In this document: positions 51,041-63,788 of the stretch, one piece after another
Layout: the number at the start of each line of letters is the position of its first letter
Numbering within the stretch: position 1 is the first letter of the stretch
Source: Octopus sinensis
Taxonomy: Eukaryota
NCBI RefSeq assembly: GCF_006345805.1
Contig: NC_043000.1
Coordinates: 7,316,001 to 7,380,000, forward strand
Reading direction: 5' to 3'
DNA length: 64,000 nucleotides
Program-made: the position numbers and the translations under genes
Notes under the pieces: model-generated
The model's input: only the letters and a program-made list of their open reading frames with translations
The model's database searches: none
What the model was told of the DNA's origin: nothing

Positions 51041-51380
51041 CATTCTTAAATTGAAATTAGCAGAAGATTTAGGGAGGCCATAGGAGACTATATTGGACCA
51101 TTGGTGTCCAGTACAGTCTACCTACCCTATCCCCTTTTGTACTGCCTGTCATTTTACTGAGTCTATGTCATTGCTCTATCTTTTGGTCATTGCCTTATTT
51201 TGGTCATGTTATCTTGAGTATATATTCCTATCTTGGTATACTGAATACCTTTATCACTTTACCCCCCTCTCATTGTCCTCTAATCACATATTGCTGTCAT
51301 TCCTGTCTCTGCCTTTCATACCCCTAGCACTTATTCCTCTCATCCTGTGAAGAGGTTGACAAGCAAGCAGAAATGTGGAG

Positions 51381-51835
51381 TTGGGTCATCCATAAATAGT
51401 TCAGCTTAAGTCAGCGCTAGAAGAAAAACGACTCTTTGGTTTGAAGACGAAAGGTGTTCTTCCATCAGGATAATGCTTGGCCACATACAGTGTGGATGAC
51501 ATTCCAAAGGCTGGAGCAGTTTGAATGGGAAACGATAACCCTCCCACCGTATTGGCCAAACAATTCCCATCTGATTATCATTTATTCCACATTCTTCAAA
51601 ATTGTTTGGAAGGGAGAAATATGAATTCTATAGACGAGGTCAGAACAGTACTGGAAGAGTATTTTTTTTGTCATGGACAAGTGAATTTTGGATGAGGGGC
51701 CTTGCAAGTGTACCAGAGAGATGGAAGAGCATTGTAGAAAATGAAGGAGAGTATATTTTAGATTAAAAAAGAACTTTATCTTAATCTTGAAAAATAGAAG
51801 TATAAAAAGACCACATTATTTATGGGATGATCCAA
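51381..51835 (+). mobile_element. Internally deleted mariner element
   Basis: TIRs TTGGGTCATCCATAAATA / TATTTATGGGATGATCCAA. Transposase C-terminus FHQDNAWPH, PPYWP, PSDYHLF, ERWKSIVENEGEYI. Confidence 0.9.
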
Positions 51836-51836
51836 T

Positions 51837-51891
<55 letters not shown>

Positions 51892-52129
51892 AATAGAGAG
51901 TCAGATAGATCTATGTGGGCCAGGCAAAATGGCTGTTAAGAAGAAAATTTGCTATTGCAGGATCAAGTTTATATTTGTATCAAACCAAACTTAATGCCTA
52001 TATGTTTTTAAACTGATGAGAGAGAAGACTCTAAATATAGTAACTTTTGTTGTTGTTTTTAACCCAAATGTTACAAGAAATAATAAAAGTAATTATTGTC
52101 ATTTTTTTTCCCTTGCTTTTAATTCTTAG

Positions 52130-52205
52130 ACAGAATGATGCATTGTGGAGGGAAGTGGCATCACTGCGACAGAAACACAAGCAGCAGCAGCAGATAGTGA
52201 ACAAA
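52130..52205 (+). CDS. HSF: HSF exon: HR-A/B trimerisation domain
   Basis: ttcttag acceptor, gtaagc donor. Encodes (R)QNDALWREVASLRQKHKQQQQIVNK, close to the HSF1 motif ENEALWREVASLRQKH.QQQ..VNK. Phase 2 to 0. Confidence 0.96.
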
Positions 52206-52460
52206 GTAAGCCTCTCTTTCCTTTATTTATCAACACACTCATGTAACCATTGGTGTATTGTCAGTATTTTTTTGACTTTGTCACAAGTGTGAAATAGATC
52301 TGGAGAAATTACAATTGTAAATTCATTCACCTACTTCTGATTATCATTGCCTTCACAACCAGCAACACTATCACCATTACAACTGTCACCAACAATCACC
52401 ACTATTTTGTTGTTGTTTTAACCCCAGATCAGGCTCTGATTGGGTAGATTAGATCTTTGA

Positions 52461-52685
52461 TTAACACTTTAGCATTTAAACTGGTAATATCCAACCAAAA
52501 TATTTTATCAATTTTATGTTCAAACGAGCCAGATCCAGCCTCTCACACTTAGCCTACAATGTAGTTCTAAAAATAAACAATCAGATCATTGAAATCTCAA
52601 AGCTATGAGATAATCCATGATTAATTCAAAGCAATTTGAATAAATAAGCATTACATTTGACAGAATAATTTGAATACTGAAGGGA
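52461..52685. mobile_element. TTAA-type MITE copy
   Basis: TTAACACTTTAGCATT...AATACTGAAGGG; same body. Confidence 0.72.
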
Positions 52686-53139
52686 AAGGCTTTCTGTTAT
52701 GACCATCCCAGTTTTTTTTTTTGTGTATCAGGGACTTCCGTTTTTAAGACGTTATGATGTGATCTCAGCAAGATGTAGCTGCTATTTCTAGCAGGTTAAA
52801 CAATGACTCAGTGACTCTTTTCATTCTTTTCATCATTAACATTCAACATCCATTTTTATGCTGAAATGGGTTGGACAGCTTGACAACAGGTATTGGTGTG
52901 TTTACATCCCAATGTCTCAGAGGTCTAGCAAAAGAAACTGAGAAATAAGTATCAAGCTTAAAAAAGAAAATGACTTCTGGGTTAATTCATTTGACTAAAA
53001 AACTCAGGGCAGTGCCCCAGCATGGCCACAATGTGAAGACTGAAAGAAGCAAAAGATTAAAAGAGTAAAGAATTTAAGGTTTCCTCAAATTACTGATCAG
53101 TTTCAAATTCCCATCTACGTTCATTATTTATTTCACTGA

Positions 53140-54771
53140 TGTTAAGAAGCACCACTGATTTTATTGTCATAGTCAGGCAACTGAAGTGCTACTGTCACTA
53201 TTTTCATAGTCAACTGCAAGAAGAGTACTCAGCTAAGAATAAACCATTATCCTTGGCATTTGTTGACCTAGAGAAAGCCTTTGATAGAGTACCAAGAAGC
53301 ACTATTAATGCTATTTTCATAATCAGGCAACTGCAAGAGAAGTGTACTTGCTAAGAACAAACCATTATATTTGGCATTCATTGATCTAGAGAAAGCCTTC
53401 AATAGAGTACCCTGTTGTGTGATATAGTGGACTCTAAGGAGGCTAGGGGTAGATGAGTGGCTTGTGAAAGCTACACGGGCCATGTACAGAGATGCTGTCA
53501 ATATGTGAGAGTTAATCATGAGTGCAGTGAAGAATTTGGTGTACAAGTAGGCTTTCAAGGCTCAGTCCTAAGTCCCCTCCTTTTCATCATTGTCCTCCAG
53601 GTCATAACAGGAATTCAAGACCGGCAGCCCCTGGGAAATATATGCTGACAATCTTGCCCTCATAGCAGATTCTATATAAGAGCTAGAAAAGAAATTCCAG
53701 GTGTGGAAGCAAAACCTGGAATTTAAGGGCCTTAAGGTTAACTTAGCAAAGACGAAGATCTTAGTAAGCTAGAAAACAGACAAGACCCAACCCCCTTCAG
53801 GTAAGTGGCACTGCTCGATTTGTAGAAAAAGTGTAAGCAGGAGCTCCATACAGCATACCCGGGGTAAGCTATGAACCCACAAGAGGCGCAGTGGAATAAT
53901 AGGAAAGTGTTTGTATGTGGAAGATGCAAAGGAACCATAAAAACTACAGATACTCGGGGAAATTGATTGTCCCAGATGCTCCAGTGACTCATTAGAGATA
54001 GTGGATAATTTCTGCTACCTTGTTATTAGTAGTTAGGGACGATGTACAGAGATTGTAATAGCTAGAATAAGAATAAGATGTTGGCTACGAAAGGTTTCTT
54101 GCTCTGAGTGAAAGGAAGATTGTATGATGCATGTATACGGACAGCAATTATACATGGTAGTGAGACATGGTCCTGAATGCAGAGGGCATATGAAGGCTAG
54201 AGAGGAATGAGGCTAGTATGTAAATATACATGTTTAACAGTGCTAGTGTATTGAGAGAGAAGTTAAGCATAAGAGGAATTAGATGCAGTGTGCAAGAGAG
54301 AAAACTGTGCTGGTTTGGTCATGTGATATGGATGGATGCTGATAGCTCCATAAAGAAGTGCCAATCTCTCAAAGAAGATGGAACATGTTGAAGAGGGAGA
54401 CCCAGGAAGATATGGGATGAAGTACTGAAGGACAACCTCAGGGCACTGAACCTTTCAGATGAGATGATGAAGGCCCGAGATGCCTGGTGCCTTGCTGTTC
54501 TCAAGTAGACCTATACTCCACGACAGAAGTGTTAAGGCTGCTTCCTCTGGTGAAGAGAATTGGCCTTCAAGAGTCCTGTGCTGGTGCCACATAAAAGCAT
54601 GCAGCACACACTGCAAAGTGGTTGGTATTAGGGAGGGAATCCAGCCATAGAGACAATACTAAGTCAGACTGGAACCTGGTGCAGCTCTCTGACTTACCAG
54701 CTCTGGTCAAACCGTCCAACCCATGTCAGCACAGCAAATGGACATTAAATGATGATGATGCAGATGAAGTT
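53140..54771 (+). mobile_element. Decayed RTE LINE (RT 3' half, 3' UTR, GAT tail)
   Basis: LAFVDLEKAFDRVP, QGSVLSPLLFIIVLQ, decayed zinc finger, RPRKIWDEV, (GAT)n. Short internal duplication at 53140-53400. Confidence 0.9.
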
Positions 54772-54960
54772 CCAGATATGGAAGCTTCTCTAAGTCCCAT
54801 TACCAGATGGATCAAGGTGGCTGCTGAAATCAGCTCTGCGTCAAACCGTCCAACATGTCAGCACAGCAAATGGACATTAAATGATGATGATGCAGATGAA
54901 GTTCCAGATATGGAAGCTTCTCTAAGTCCCATTACCAGATGGATCAAGGTGCTGCTGAAA
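54700..54960. repeat. ~130-bp tandem duplication spanning an RTE tail and flank
   Basis: CAGCTCTG.TCAAACCGTCCAAC...GGATCAAGGTG.CTGCTGAAA occurs twice. Confidence 0.9.
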
Positions 54961-55639
54961 GCGAATTTTGTATCAGGTGGAATGGGTTCAAGGGAGAAAT
55001 GTCTCACACCTAGCTAGAAGAAGTCTTGGTCTTTTATCTTCATAACTCAACATCAAATTCACTGTATAGGATAGGGTCAGATAGAATTTGGTGAAGCAGA
55101 TTTTCTAGGGCTGATGCCCTTCCAGTCACTGATCCTCACTTGTTACCAAACAAGATATTTGTTCCATGTTTGTCATGGAAGACTGGAAAAAAACAACAAC
55201 ATTGCTTGTATGACACTGATGCCCATTCTACAGTTATCCATATTATGTTATGGCATAACTATATACAAATATATGTGCATGTGTACATACATTCATACAA
55301 GCATTACATACATAAATACATGAGCGCACGCACGCACACACACACACACACACACACGATGGGCTTCTTTCAGTTTCTGTCTACCAAATCCACTCAAGGC
55401 TTGCTTTGGCATGCTTTCTATAGCTGGATGCCCTTCCTAATGCCATCTACTTTAATAGAGTGTAACTGGGTGCTTTTTCCATGGCACTGGCACAAGTGAG
55501 GTCACTATGTAGCTTGCAAAACAAAGAAAAAGCACCCTTATCCTCAACTGAGTGAGGTTGCAGTAAAGAGGGAAGTAGCTTGATGCTTGGTGTTGAGGGC
55601 TTGATAGGGGAATGGGAACAGGCGTGTTGCTGTTGAGGA

Positions 55640-56460
55640 GATACATGGTTACTCTGACGTTACATAAATGTGGTTAGAAATAGCAGGAAAGAAAGATAAA
55701 GATGGTGATAACAAGATGTTAGGGTACAAAAAAAAAGGAGCAGAAGTTTAGTTTGTAAGAGTGTGAAGGGAGAGTGGTATATGGTTAGTGATGGGGGTAG
55801 ATGTGAGTGTAGTGAATGATGGATAAGGGTGAAGGTGTGGTCACCAATGTTGTTGAAAAAGCAACGAACCAAGAAAATGTATAGTCATGTTGGATGGAGG
55901 TTTGTTTCGTGAACAGTTAAGTTTTAAGTTCATTCCATAAAGGATCAATGGAGAATCTTGCCTCTCACAATATAGAAACATTTCTCATGGTACCAGCAGA
56001 GAAAATGGTAAAATTGTTGCTCCAGAAGATAATGAGGGAGATGTATTGGAACAGCCACAGCAGCTGTTCCAGTACATTATGGAGCTCACACCTGTGGATA
56101 GCAATCTCTGCTCTGATAGTGGTGAGCAGGGATATGATCTGGGGGCCGAGAACTTTGGAGGTTTCAACTGCCACAGGCTTGGCTATAAACTGTTGGAGAG
56201 TGACTGATACCTTGAAGGTGTGGTCAGTGGGGAATAGTTTAGAGGGAAGGTGAAAAAAATAGTAGATCAGGAAGGAGGAGGTAGCAAACTGTAGATTGAT
56301 GAGAACTGGGGCAGGAGTGTTTGGTGGTGAGGGAAAGAGATGCACTGTGGCAGACATGACAGTCAGAATTATAGAGGGGTGGATAAGGTGGGTGGTAGTG
56401 GGGGGTTTTGATGGCATTATATGAGAGGATGTTGAGGATGATAACTGATGTGAGATGGTG
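55640..56460 (-). mobile_element. Possible Penelope-like N-terminal ORF remnant
   Basis: Purine-rich + strand with a Pro/Ser/Thr/His-rich minus ORF (55965-56417), compositionally like 10230-10925. No catalytic motif. Confidence 0.35.
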
Positions 56461-56553
56461 TTAAAGATGAGGGAATGTTTGAAAATGTTGAATTGGTACC
56501 ATTGAAATTTTATTTATTTTTTTTAAAATTATTTTTGTTTTTGTTCTCCACAG

Positions 56554-56739
56554 CTTATCCAACTGCTGGTGACTTTCATCCAACACAACCGAGGTTTACC
56601 AAATGTCAAAAGACAGCTGCCAAGAATGATTGAGGATGCTTCAGAACCTCAAGAAACAGTTGTAGTGCCTGCCAAGAGAGCTTGTTTTCAGAAACAGCTC
56701 TCTATTGAAGAGAATGGAGATCTCCCAACTTCACAAACA
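56554..56739 (+). CDS. HSF: HSF exon: end of HR-B, basic (NLS-like) motifs, start of regulatory region
   Basis: ttctccacag acceptor, gtaagg donor. 62 codons, LIQLLVTFIQHNRGLPNVKRQLPRMIEDA...PAKR...LPTSQT, resembling HSF1 LIQFL...VKRK.PLM. Phase 0-0. Confidence 0.92.
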
Positions 56740-56808
56740 GTAAGGGTTTTCTTTTAAAGATTCTTCTTTTTCAAGGTGTTATTGTTTTCTTTCTTGTTGA
56801 TAGATTAA

Positions 56809-57021
56809 CCTTTTAGCATTCAAGCTGGCCATATCTGGCCAAATAGTCTACCTGTTTTTATGCTCAAACCAGCCAGATCTGGCCTTTCACACCTACAATG
56901 TCCTAAAAATAAATATATCACATCATTGAAATCTCACAGCTACATTATAATGCAGGATTAATTAAAAGCAATATAAATAAATAAGCATTACATTTGACAG
57001 AGTAATCTAAATCCTAAAGGG
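56809..57021. mobile_element. TTAA-flanked MITE (piggyBac-like ends)
   Basis: TTAA-CCTTTTAGCATT...AATCCTAAAGGG-TTAA. Same family at about 23241-23480, 24030-24200, 30540-30765, 34040-34252, 34745-34847 plus 37381-37500, and 52461-52685. Confidence 0.8.
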
Positions 57022-57117
57022 TTAAAGATTAAAATGCCTGATGTCAGTTGTTTATTTAAGAATCTATCACCAAGACTTTAGCCTAGACTTGACAGCATCA
57101 AGTATTTAATACAAACC

Positions 57118-58888
57118 ATCATCAACATCATCATCTTTTTGGACGGTTTGACTTAGGTCTGGAGAGCCAGCGGCTGCACCAGGCTCCAGTCTGATCTGGC
57201 AATGTTTCTACAGCTGGATGCTCTTCCTAACGCCAACCACTCCAAGAGTGTAGTGGGTGCAAGCCAGTCAGGTAGGCCTGGCATCGATCCCGTTTGGATA
57301 GTGCTTTTTATGTGCCACCAGCACGGGAGCCAGTCGGGGGGTAGTGGCATCAGCCACGTTTGGATGGTGCTTTTCACGTGCCACCGGCAGGGAGCCAGTC
57401 GGGTGGTCCTGGCATCGATCACATTCGAATAGTGCTTTTTAAATGTCACTGGCACGGGAGCCAGTCAGAGGATACTGGCATTGGCCATGTTTGGATGGTG
57501 CTTTTTATGTGCCACCTCCATGGGGGCCAGTCAGGTGGTCCTGGCATTGATCACATTCGAATAGTGCTTTTTATGTACCACCGGTGTGGGAGCCAGTCAG
57601 TGGGTACTAGTATTGGCCATATTCAGAAGGTGATTTTATGTGCAATGTATGCCAGTCGATGGAAATCGACATGGTAGGTACTACTATGTGTGCACTGGCA
57701 CGGGAACCAGTTAGAGGACACTGGCATTGACCACATTCAGATGATGCATTTTATGTGCCACTGGAACGGGAACCAGTGAGGAGGCACTGGCCACAGCTAC
57801 GATTTTGGTTTTACTTGACTCAACAGGTCTTCTCAAACTTATCATATTGCCTGACACATCAGGGGTACTCTTAAATGGGTTGGACATACAACACTGGCAT
57901 CGGCCATGACTGCGATTTCACTTTAGTTGCCAGGTCTTCTCAATCACAGCATATCTCCAAAGGTCTCGGTCTCCTGTCATTGCCTCTGTGAGGCCCAGTG
58001 TTCAAAGTTCATGCTTCACCACCTCATCCCATGTCTTCCTGGATCTACCTCTTCCACAGGTTCTTTCCACAGTTAGGGAGTGACACTTTCTCACACAGCT
58101 GTTCTCATCCATATGTAACACATAACCACACCAGCGCAGTTGTCTCTCTTGCATACCACATTTGATGCTTCTTATGCCCAACTTTTCTCTCTGGGCGTTT
58201 ACACTCTGTCATGCATGCACACTGACATTACACATCCAGCAAATCATACTAGCTTCATTTCTTTCAAGCCTACGCATGTCCTCAGCAGTTGTGTCCCATG
58301 TTCAGTTCATGGCTGTTTCCTGTGTATAGCATGCAGTTAACACATGCATCATACAGCCTACCTTTCATCCTGAGTGAGAGGCCCTTAGTTACTAGCAGAC
58401 GTAGGAGCTCCCTGAACTTTACCCAGGCTATTCTTATTCTAGCTGCTATACTCTCAGAGCAACCACCCCCACTATAGACTTGGTCGCCTAGGTAGGAGAA
58501 GCTATTAACTTCTAGTTTTCCCCACCTGGCATGTGATGGAATCTGTTTACTGTACATCTTCAGTATTTGTTGCCTCTGTGCTTCTGCCACACACAAAAAC
58601 TATCTTCCTTGTTAACCTTCCTTTGATATTGCAGCACCTCTTATGTGTCCATAGCTTACACTGGGTACATCATATGGAGTTTTTGCCCATGTTTTTTCTA
58701 CAGATCAGGCAGGGCCATCTACCCGAAGGGGTTTGTGATTTGCAGCCTTCCTACTTACTAAGACTTTGGTTTTTGCTAGGTTAACCTTAAGGCCCTTCAA
58801 TTCTAGACCTTGCTTCCACACCCTGAACTTGATCTCTAGTTCTGGCAAGGTCATTAGCATAGAGGAGCTCCCAGGGGCAGGCTGTCTT
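57118..58888 (-). mobile_element. Decayed RTE LINE (RT C-terminus, expanded 3' UTR)
   Basis: Minus ORF YLGDQVYSGGGCSESIAARIRIAWVKFRELL...KGRLYDACV. 3' UTR modules and degenerate (CAT)n. Confidence 0.9.
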
Positions 58889-60628
58889 ATAAATATGTAT
58901 GTATATTATCCTTGAAATGTATGATGCCACAAATTGGTATACACAATGGTGTAATAAGAAGCCAATAAATGAGCTTCTGTGTGGGCACTCAACCTTCTAG
59001 AAATAACAGCCAAATCCCCCTCAAATTGTATCTAATCATAATGTTATATAATGTTGTCCTGGATGTAACTTTGAAATGTTGGATTTGATTAACAGCTGGA
59101 AGGGTTAACTCAGGGCTAAACTATGTCAGCTTTTTAAAATTGGATTTCAATTAAAGAGAAAAAAATATATTGACATAACGACCCTGTCAGAACACAAGAT
59201 ATTTGTCAGTAAATGATTTTCCTTTGTGCAATGAATGTCTTAGTTCAACTTCGATGTTAATGAAAAGCAAGACCACCATGAAGCCCCTTCACATTCTTAG
59301 GTCAAGAACATACTATAATCAACTTTTCCCCCCTGTATGTTCGATGAAATAATTAAGTACTAATGATTTGTAACTATGCCCATTTCTGAAATTTGTGGCC
59401 TTGTGCCAATGTTAAAAGTTAATTTGATTTTCGAAGAGCTTTCATTATGCTACCTTGCCATAATTACAGTCATTTATCTCTTACTAGTCATTAGAATGTG
59501 GCCATGTTGGGGCATTGCCTTGATAGGTTTAGTCAAACAAATTGATCCCAGCACTTATTTTTTTAAAGTCTGGTACTCTTGTTGGGGAAAGAAACAAAGC
59601 ACCCAGCCCTGATTGTCACTCAGTCATTGAAGAATAAGCTCTCTCTCTCTCTCTCTCACACAACACACACACACACACACAAAAGCTTCTACACAATTTG
59701 ACATTCATTTATTTTGACATATAAAGAACATGATGAAAACATATTTTTTCCAAACTGAGATTAGGCAAGATGTTCATATAGGAAAAAGATAACTGTTATT
59801 TAAACATAATAATACTGCCTTAGTCTTTGAGATTGATGCTTTTGGAGAAACCCCTGAAACCCGAGCTAATATTTACAAAGGTTATTGACATAGTATTGCT
59901 TTGTTTATATGATATAAAGAATTATATATTTTAAATCCTTGCCCTGTAAATGCTTCAGTCACAGATTGTTGAAATATTAGAACAAATGTGAAGGCATGTG
60001 GCCTGATGGTTAGGTGTATTAAGCTCACAAAACATAAGGTCATGGGTTCGATTCTTTGAGTGGGTGGTATGTTGAATCTTTGGGTAAGACATATCGTTTC
60101 ATATTACTTCAGTCTACTCAACTGAAAATGGCCATCAGCCCAATACTAGTACATCACGCACACACACACACACACGCATACACTCTCTCTCTCTCTCTCT
60201 CCAGCTGTCACATCGTCAATGTTTTACTAGGTCACGGTTGGGACAGCCAAGGCAGTGTCTATGGCTGTTCATGATTACATAGGCACCTAAATGAATTAAA
60301 GAAAGCTTGGCGGCTGGTAGGTCACACTCATCTGTGAATGACAGATAAGCTATTGGAGCAAATATTATGTTTCTTTTTTGTCATTCCATTTATTATATTT
60401 TTTATTGGAAGTTAATTATTTTGTTTTCATGGTTTGAAACTAAGACTACAATAATTTAATTTATTTTTAGATTAGGTTGAATTTTATTTGAGGTTGTTAA
60501 ATGTCTTCATATGATGCTAATGAATATATAAAAATGAAAAGCCTGTTTATATTTGGTATTTGTTATCCATTCACTAGTGTTATTGTTATTTAATTTTTAT
60601 GTAAAGTATAAATGTATACATTTTTATC

Positions 60629-61002
60629 CATCACATCGTCGTTTAACGTCTGCTTTCCATGCTAGCATGGGTTGGACGATTTCTACTGAGGCCTGGCGAA
60701 CCAGATGGCTGCACCAGGCTTCAATCTTGATCTGACAGAGTTTCTACAGCTGGATGCCAATCACTCTGAGAGTGTACTGGGTGCTTTAACGTGCCACTGG
60801 CACGGGGCCAGTCAGGCGGTACTGGCAACGACCTTGCTCAAATCTTTTACACATGCCACCAGCATAGGTATCAGTAAGGCGATGCTGGTGACGATCATGC
60901 TTGAATGGTGTCTTTTACATGCCACTGGCACGGAGGCCAGATAGCCACTCTGGCTTCACACTCGAATGGCGTCTTTTACGTGCCACCAGCACGGAGGCCA
61001 GG
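60629..61002 (-). mobile_element. RTE 3' UTR fragment
   Basis: CGTTTAACGTCTGCTTTCCATGCTAGCATGGGTTGGACG plus modules. Confidence 0.85.
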
Positions 61003-61154
61003 CTCTATATTTATGATAGGTAAAATTTAAGGTTTTTCAGTAAAGTCTTATTTGAAAATAAGTTTATAATTATAATGGTTTTTTTTTAAAAATATAGTTC
61101 TGTTGAGTTTGTACTCATGTGACATTTGTTTTCTTTTTCTTATTTGCATTGAAG

Positions 61155-61325
61155 GCTCAAGTTGTCGAACACTGTCTATCGCCTAATGTAACGGCAGTGG
61201 AAGAAATACCATATCCAGGGATTATGGAAAGTATCACTGATGTATTTGATGAGACACCATGTATTTATCCAACAATCATTGAATTGGGAGAGAATGAAGA
61301 ACCACAGAATGAAGATAATCATCAG
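61155..61325 (+). CDS. HSF: Probable HSF exon: acidic regulatory region
   Basis: T-rich tract plus ttgaag acceptor, CAG|gtatgt donor. 57 open codons AQVVEHCLSPNV...PTIIELGENEEPQNEDNHQ. Phase 0-0, compatible with neighbours. Weak homology support. Confidence 0.78.
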
Positions 61326-62255
61326 GTATGTGCATGAAATTTGTTGGGAAACCTCTCTCTCTCCCATAGATTATAATATACCTGAGAGAGAGGTAAGTAT
61401 TGGAGAGAATGAATTCTGTGTATGCCGAGCCACTACTCTTCAAAGCAAAGTTGTAATATAGAGTATAACCTGCACAATAGAGATGTTCTAAAGATAATTG
61501 GTAAGAAGAAATAGAGTTCTTAGAGTGAGAGTAGAAATTGTTCAAACACATATAGTTCTTGCGAAGACCAATGTTTGATAGAAAGCTGACTCTGTTTCAG
61601 CTACAAAGCCATTTGACATCACTTATATCACTAGAGTCCATTTGGATGAGCATGTTTATAAATTTGACTGGGTGGTTTGGCTTCTTTTTTGGTTCAGCAC
61701 ATAGGTAAAGTGAAGGGGAAATAGGTCACATCTTTAAAGGGTATGGATTCATAACCTTCTTTTGAAAGAACAAAAGATTCCATAACATGTATAGATTTGA
61801 GCTATCAGAACACTAGTATTAATGATTAGTCTAGTTGGGCTCCAACTCTTAGCACATTCGGGTGATGTTCATTTCACACAATACTTTTAAATATTTTTTT
61901 GGAGCAGGGGGTAATAAAGTTGATTTAAAGTTAAACTGAATATTGTTGCAGGCTAGACATTCCACTTATGACTTTCCTGTCTTATCTTTTTTTTTTTTTA
62001 TAATTATAGTGTACCAAGGATTAAATCATCTAATGTGTCTTGTTTCCACTTTTCTTTTTAAGGCAATGAGAAGTGATTTGAAAAAGAGAGGGACAGAGAG
62101 TGGGTTGAGTGACTGCATAAATTTCCAGTGGTTCATTCAGTAATTTTCATTTCAACATCACGATTTAAGTTTTCAACCATTTCTATTACTAACCAAAGTA
62201 AATATTAATAAATAAATAAAGTGGGAAATGGATCAGACTTTGGTTTGTTTTATTT

Positions 62256-63148
62256 GCTTTTCAAGCTCTGGTCTTTCAAGCTCTGTGGCTTTTCAGCTCT
62301 TTCAAGCTCTGGTAGCTTTTCAAGCTCTGGAGCTTTTCAAGCTCTGGTGGCTTTCAAGCTTGGTGGCTTTCAAGCTCTTGGTATCAAGCTCTGGTAGCTT
62401 ATCAAGCTCTGGTAGCTTATCAAGCTCTGGTAGCTTTTCAAGCTCTGGTAGCTTTTCAAGCTCTGGTAGCTTGTCAAGCTCTGGTAGCTTGTCAAGCTCT
62501 GGTAGCTTTTCAAGCTCTGGTAGCTTTTCAAGCTCTGGTAGCTTGTCAAGCTCTGGTAGCTTGTCAAGCTCTGGTAGCTTTTCAAGCTCTGGTAGCTTTC
62601 AAGCTCTGGTAGCTTTTCAAGCTCTGGTGGTTGGCTTTCAAGCTCTGGTAGCTTTTCAAGCTGGTGGCTGGCTTTCAAGCTCTGGTGCTTTTCAAGCTCT
62701 GGTGGCTTTTCAAGCTCTGGTGGCTTTTCAAGCTCTGGTGGCTTTTCAAGCTCTGGTGGCTTTTCAAGCTCTGGTGGCTTTTCAAGCTCTGGTGGCTTTT
62801 CAAGCTCTGGTGGCTTTTCAAGCTCTGGTGGCTTTTCAAGCTCTGGTGGCTTATCAAGCTCTGGTGGCTTTTCAAGCTCTGGTGGCTTTTCAAGCTCTGG
62901 TGGCTTTCAAGCTCTGGTGGCTTTCAAGCTCTGGTGGCTTTTCAAGCTCTGGTGGCTTTCAAGCTCTGGTGGCTTTTCAAGCTCTGGTAGCTTTTCAAGC
63001 TCTGGTGGCTTTTCCAGCTCTGGTAGCTTTTCAAGCTCTGGTAGCTTGTCAAGCTCTGGTAGCTTGTCAAGCTCTGGTAGCTTGTCAAGCTCTGGTAGCT
63101 TGTCAAGCTCTGGTAGCTTGTCAAGCTCTGGTAGCTAGCTTATCAAGC
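62256..63148. repeat. 18-bp minisatellite (TCAAGCTCTGGTRGCTTN, about 50 units)
   Basis: Direct reading; variants TTTT/TTGT/TTAT and GGTAG/GGTGG, some 17-bp units. Confidence 0.97.
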
Positions 63149-63250
63149 ACTTTTCCTCTTAATTAGTGTTCAAAGAAATGATTAATTTCATTGAAGCAAT
63201 AGTATTTTTTTGGAATGTGTTATATATTTATTCTATTTCCATTCTTTTAG

Positions 63251-63393
63251 CTACAAGAAGTATCTCCCAGTGAGGAAGCTTTATTAAACAAAGATGTAGT
63301 TCTCAGTGGAAATACTACTCCAAAACATGTAATGCTGACGGAACCTGATACTACCAGCCAAGACCTTATTCTTATAAACCCAGAAGCTGAACG
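63251..63393 (+). CDS. HSF: Probable HSF exon: regulatory region
   Basis: attcttttag acceptor, gtaaga donor. Open frame LQEVSPSEEALLNKDVVLSGNTTPKHVMLTEPDTTSQDLILINPEAE(R). Phase 0 to 2. Confidence 0.78.
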
Positions 63394-63788
63394 GTAAGAC
63401 AGTTTTTCTTCATCTAGACTTTAATCTACCCTGATATATTTAATAATTCCGGTGTGGGATGTTATAGTTTAGGGAATGGGGACTTACGATAATTTCTAAT
63501 GTTAATACAAATGTTGTTTAGTTTTCACATTGTTGGGCATTTTTTTCTGTGCAGTGTGATGCACTTCTATTCACTTCCCTGTCGAATCTGTCCCAGTTTT
63601 TCAGAATTTTTGGAGTTTGTTTCTTTATTGTACCCAGAATCCAAAGTATCGTTATGCATTGGTTGACCAGAACTAGTAGCCAGATTACACCACATGTATG
63701 TTGACAACTGTCACGGGAGAGAGTTTCTTTCACTGTGCCATTTCATTCAAGTTTAAGACGTTACGAAAATTATTCTTTTTTCTGACAG

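Noticed and set aside
62228-63166. 312-aa ORF and overlapping repetitive ORFs
   Set aside because: Translation of the 18-bp minisatellite; frames switch at 17-bp units and it lies in an HSF intron.
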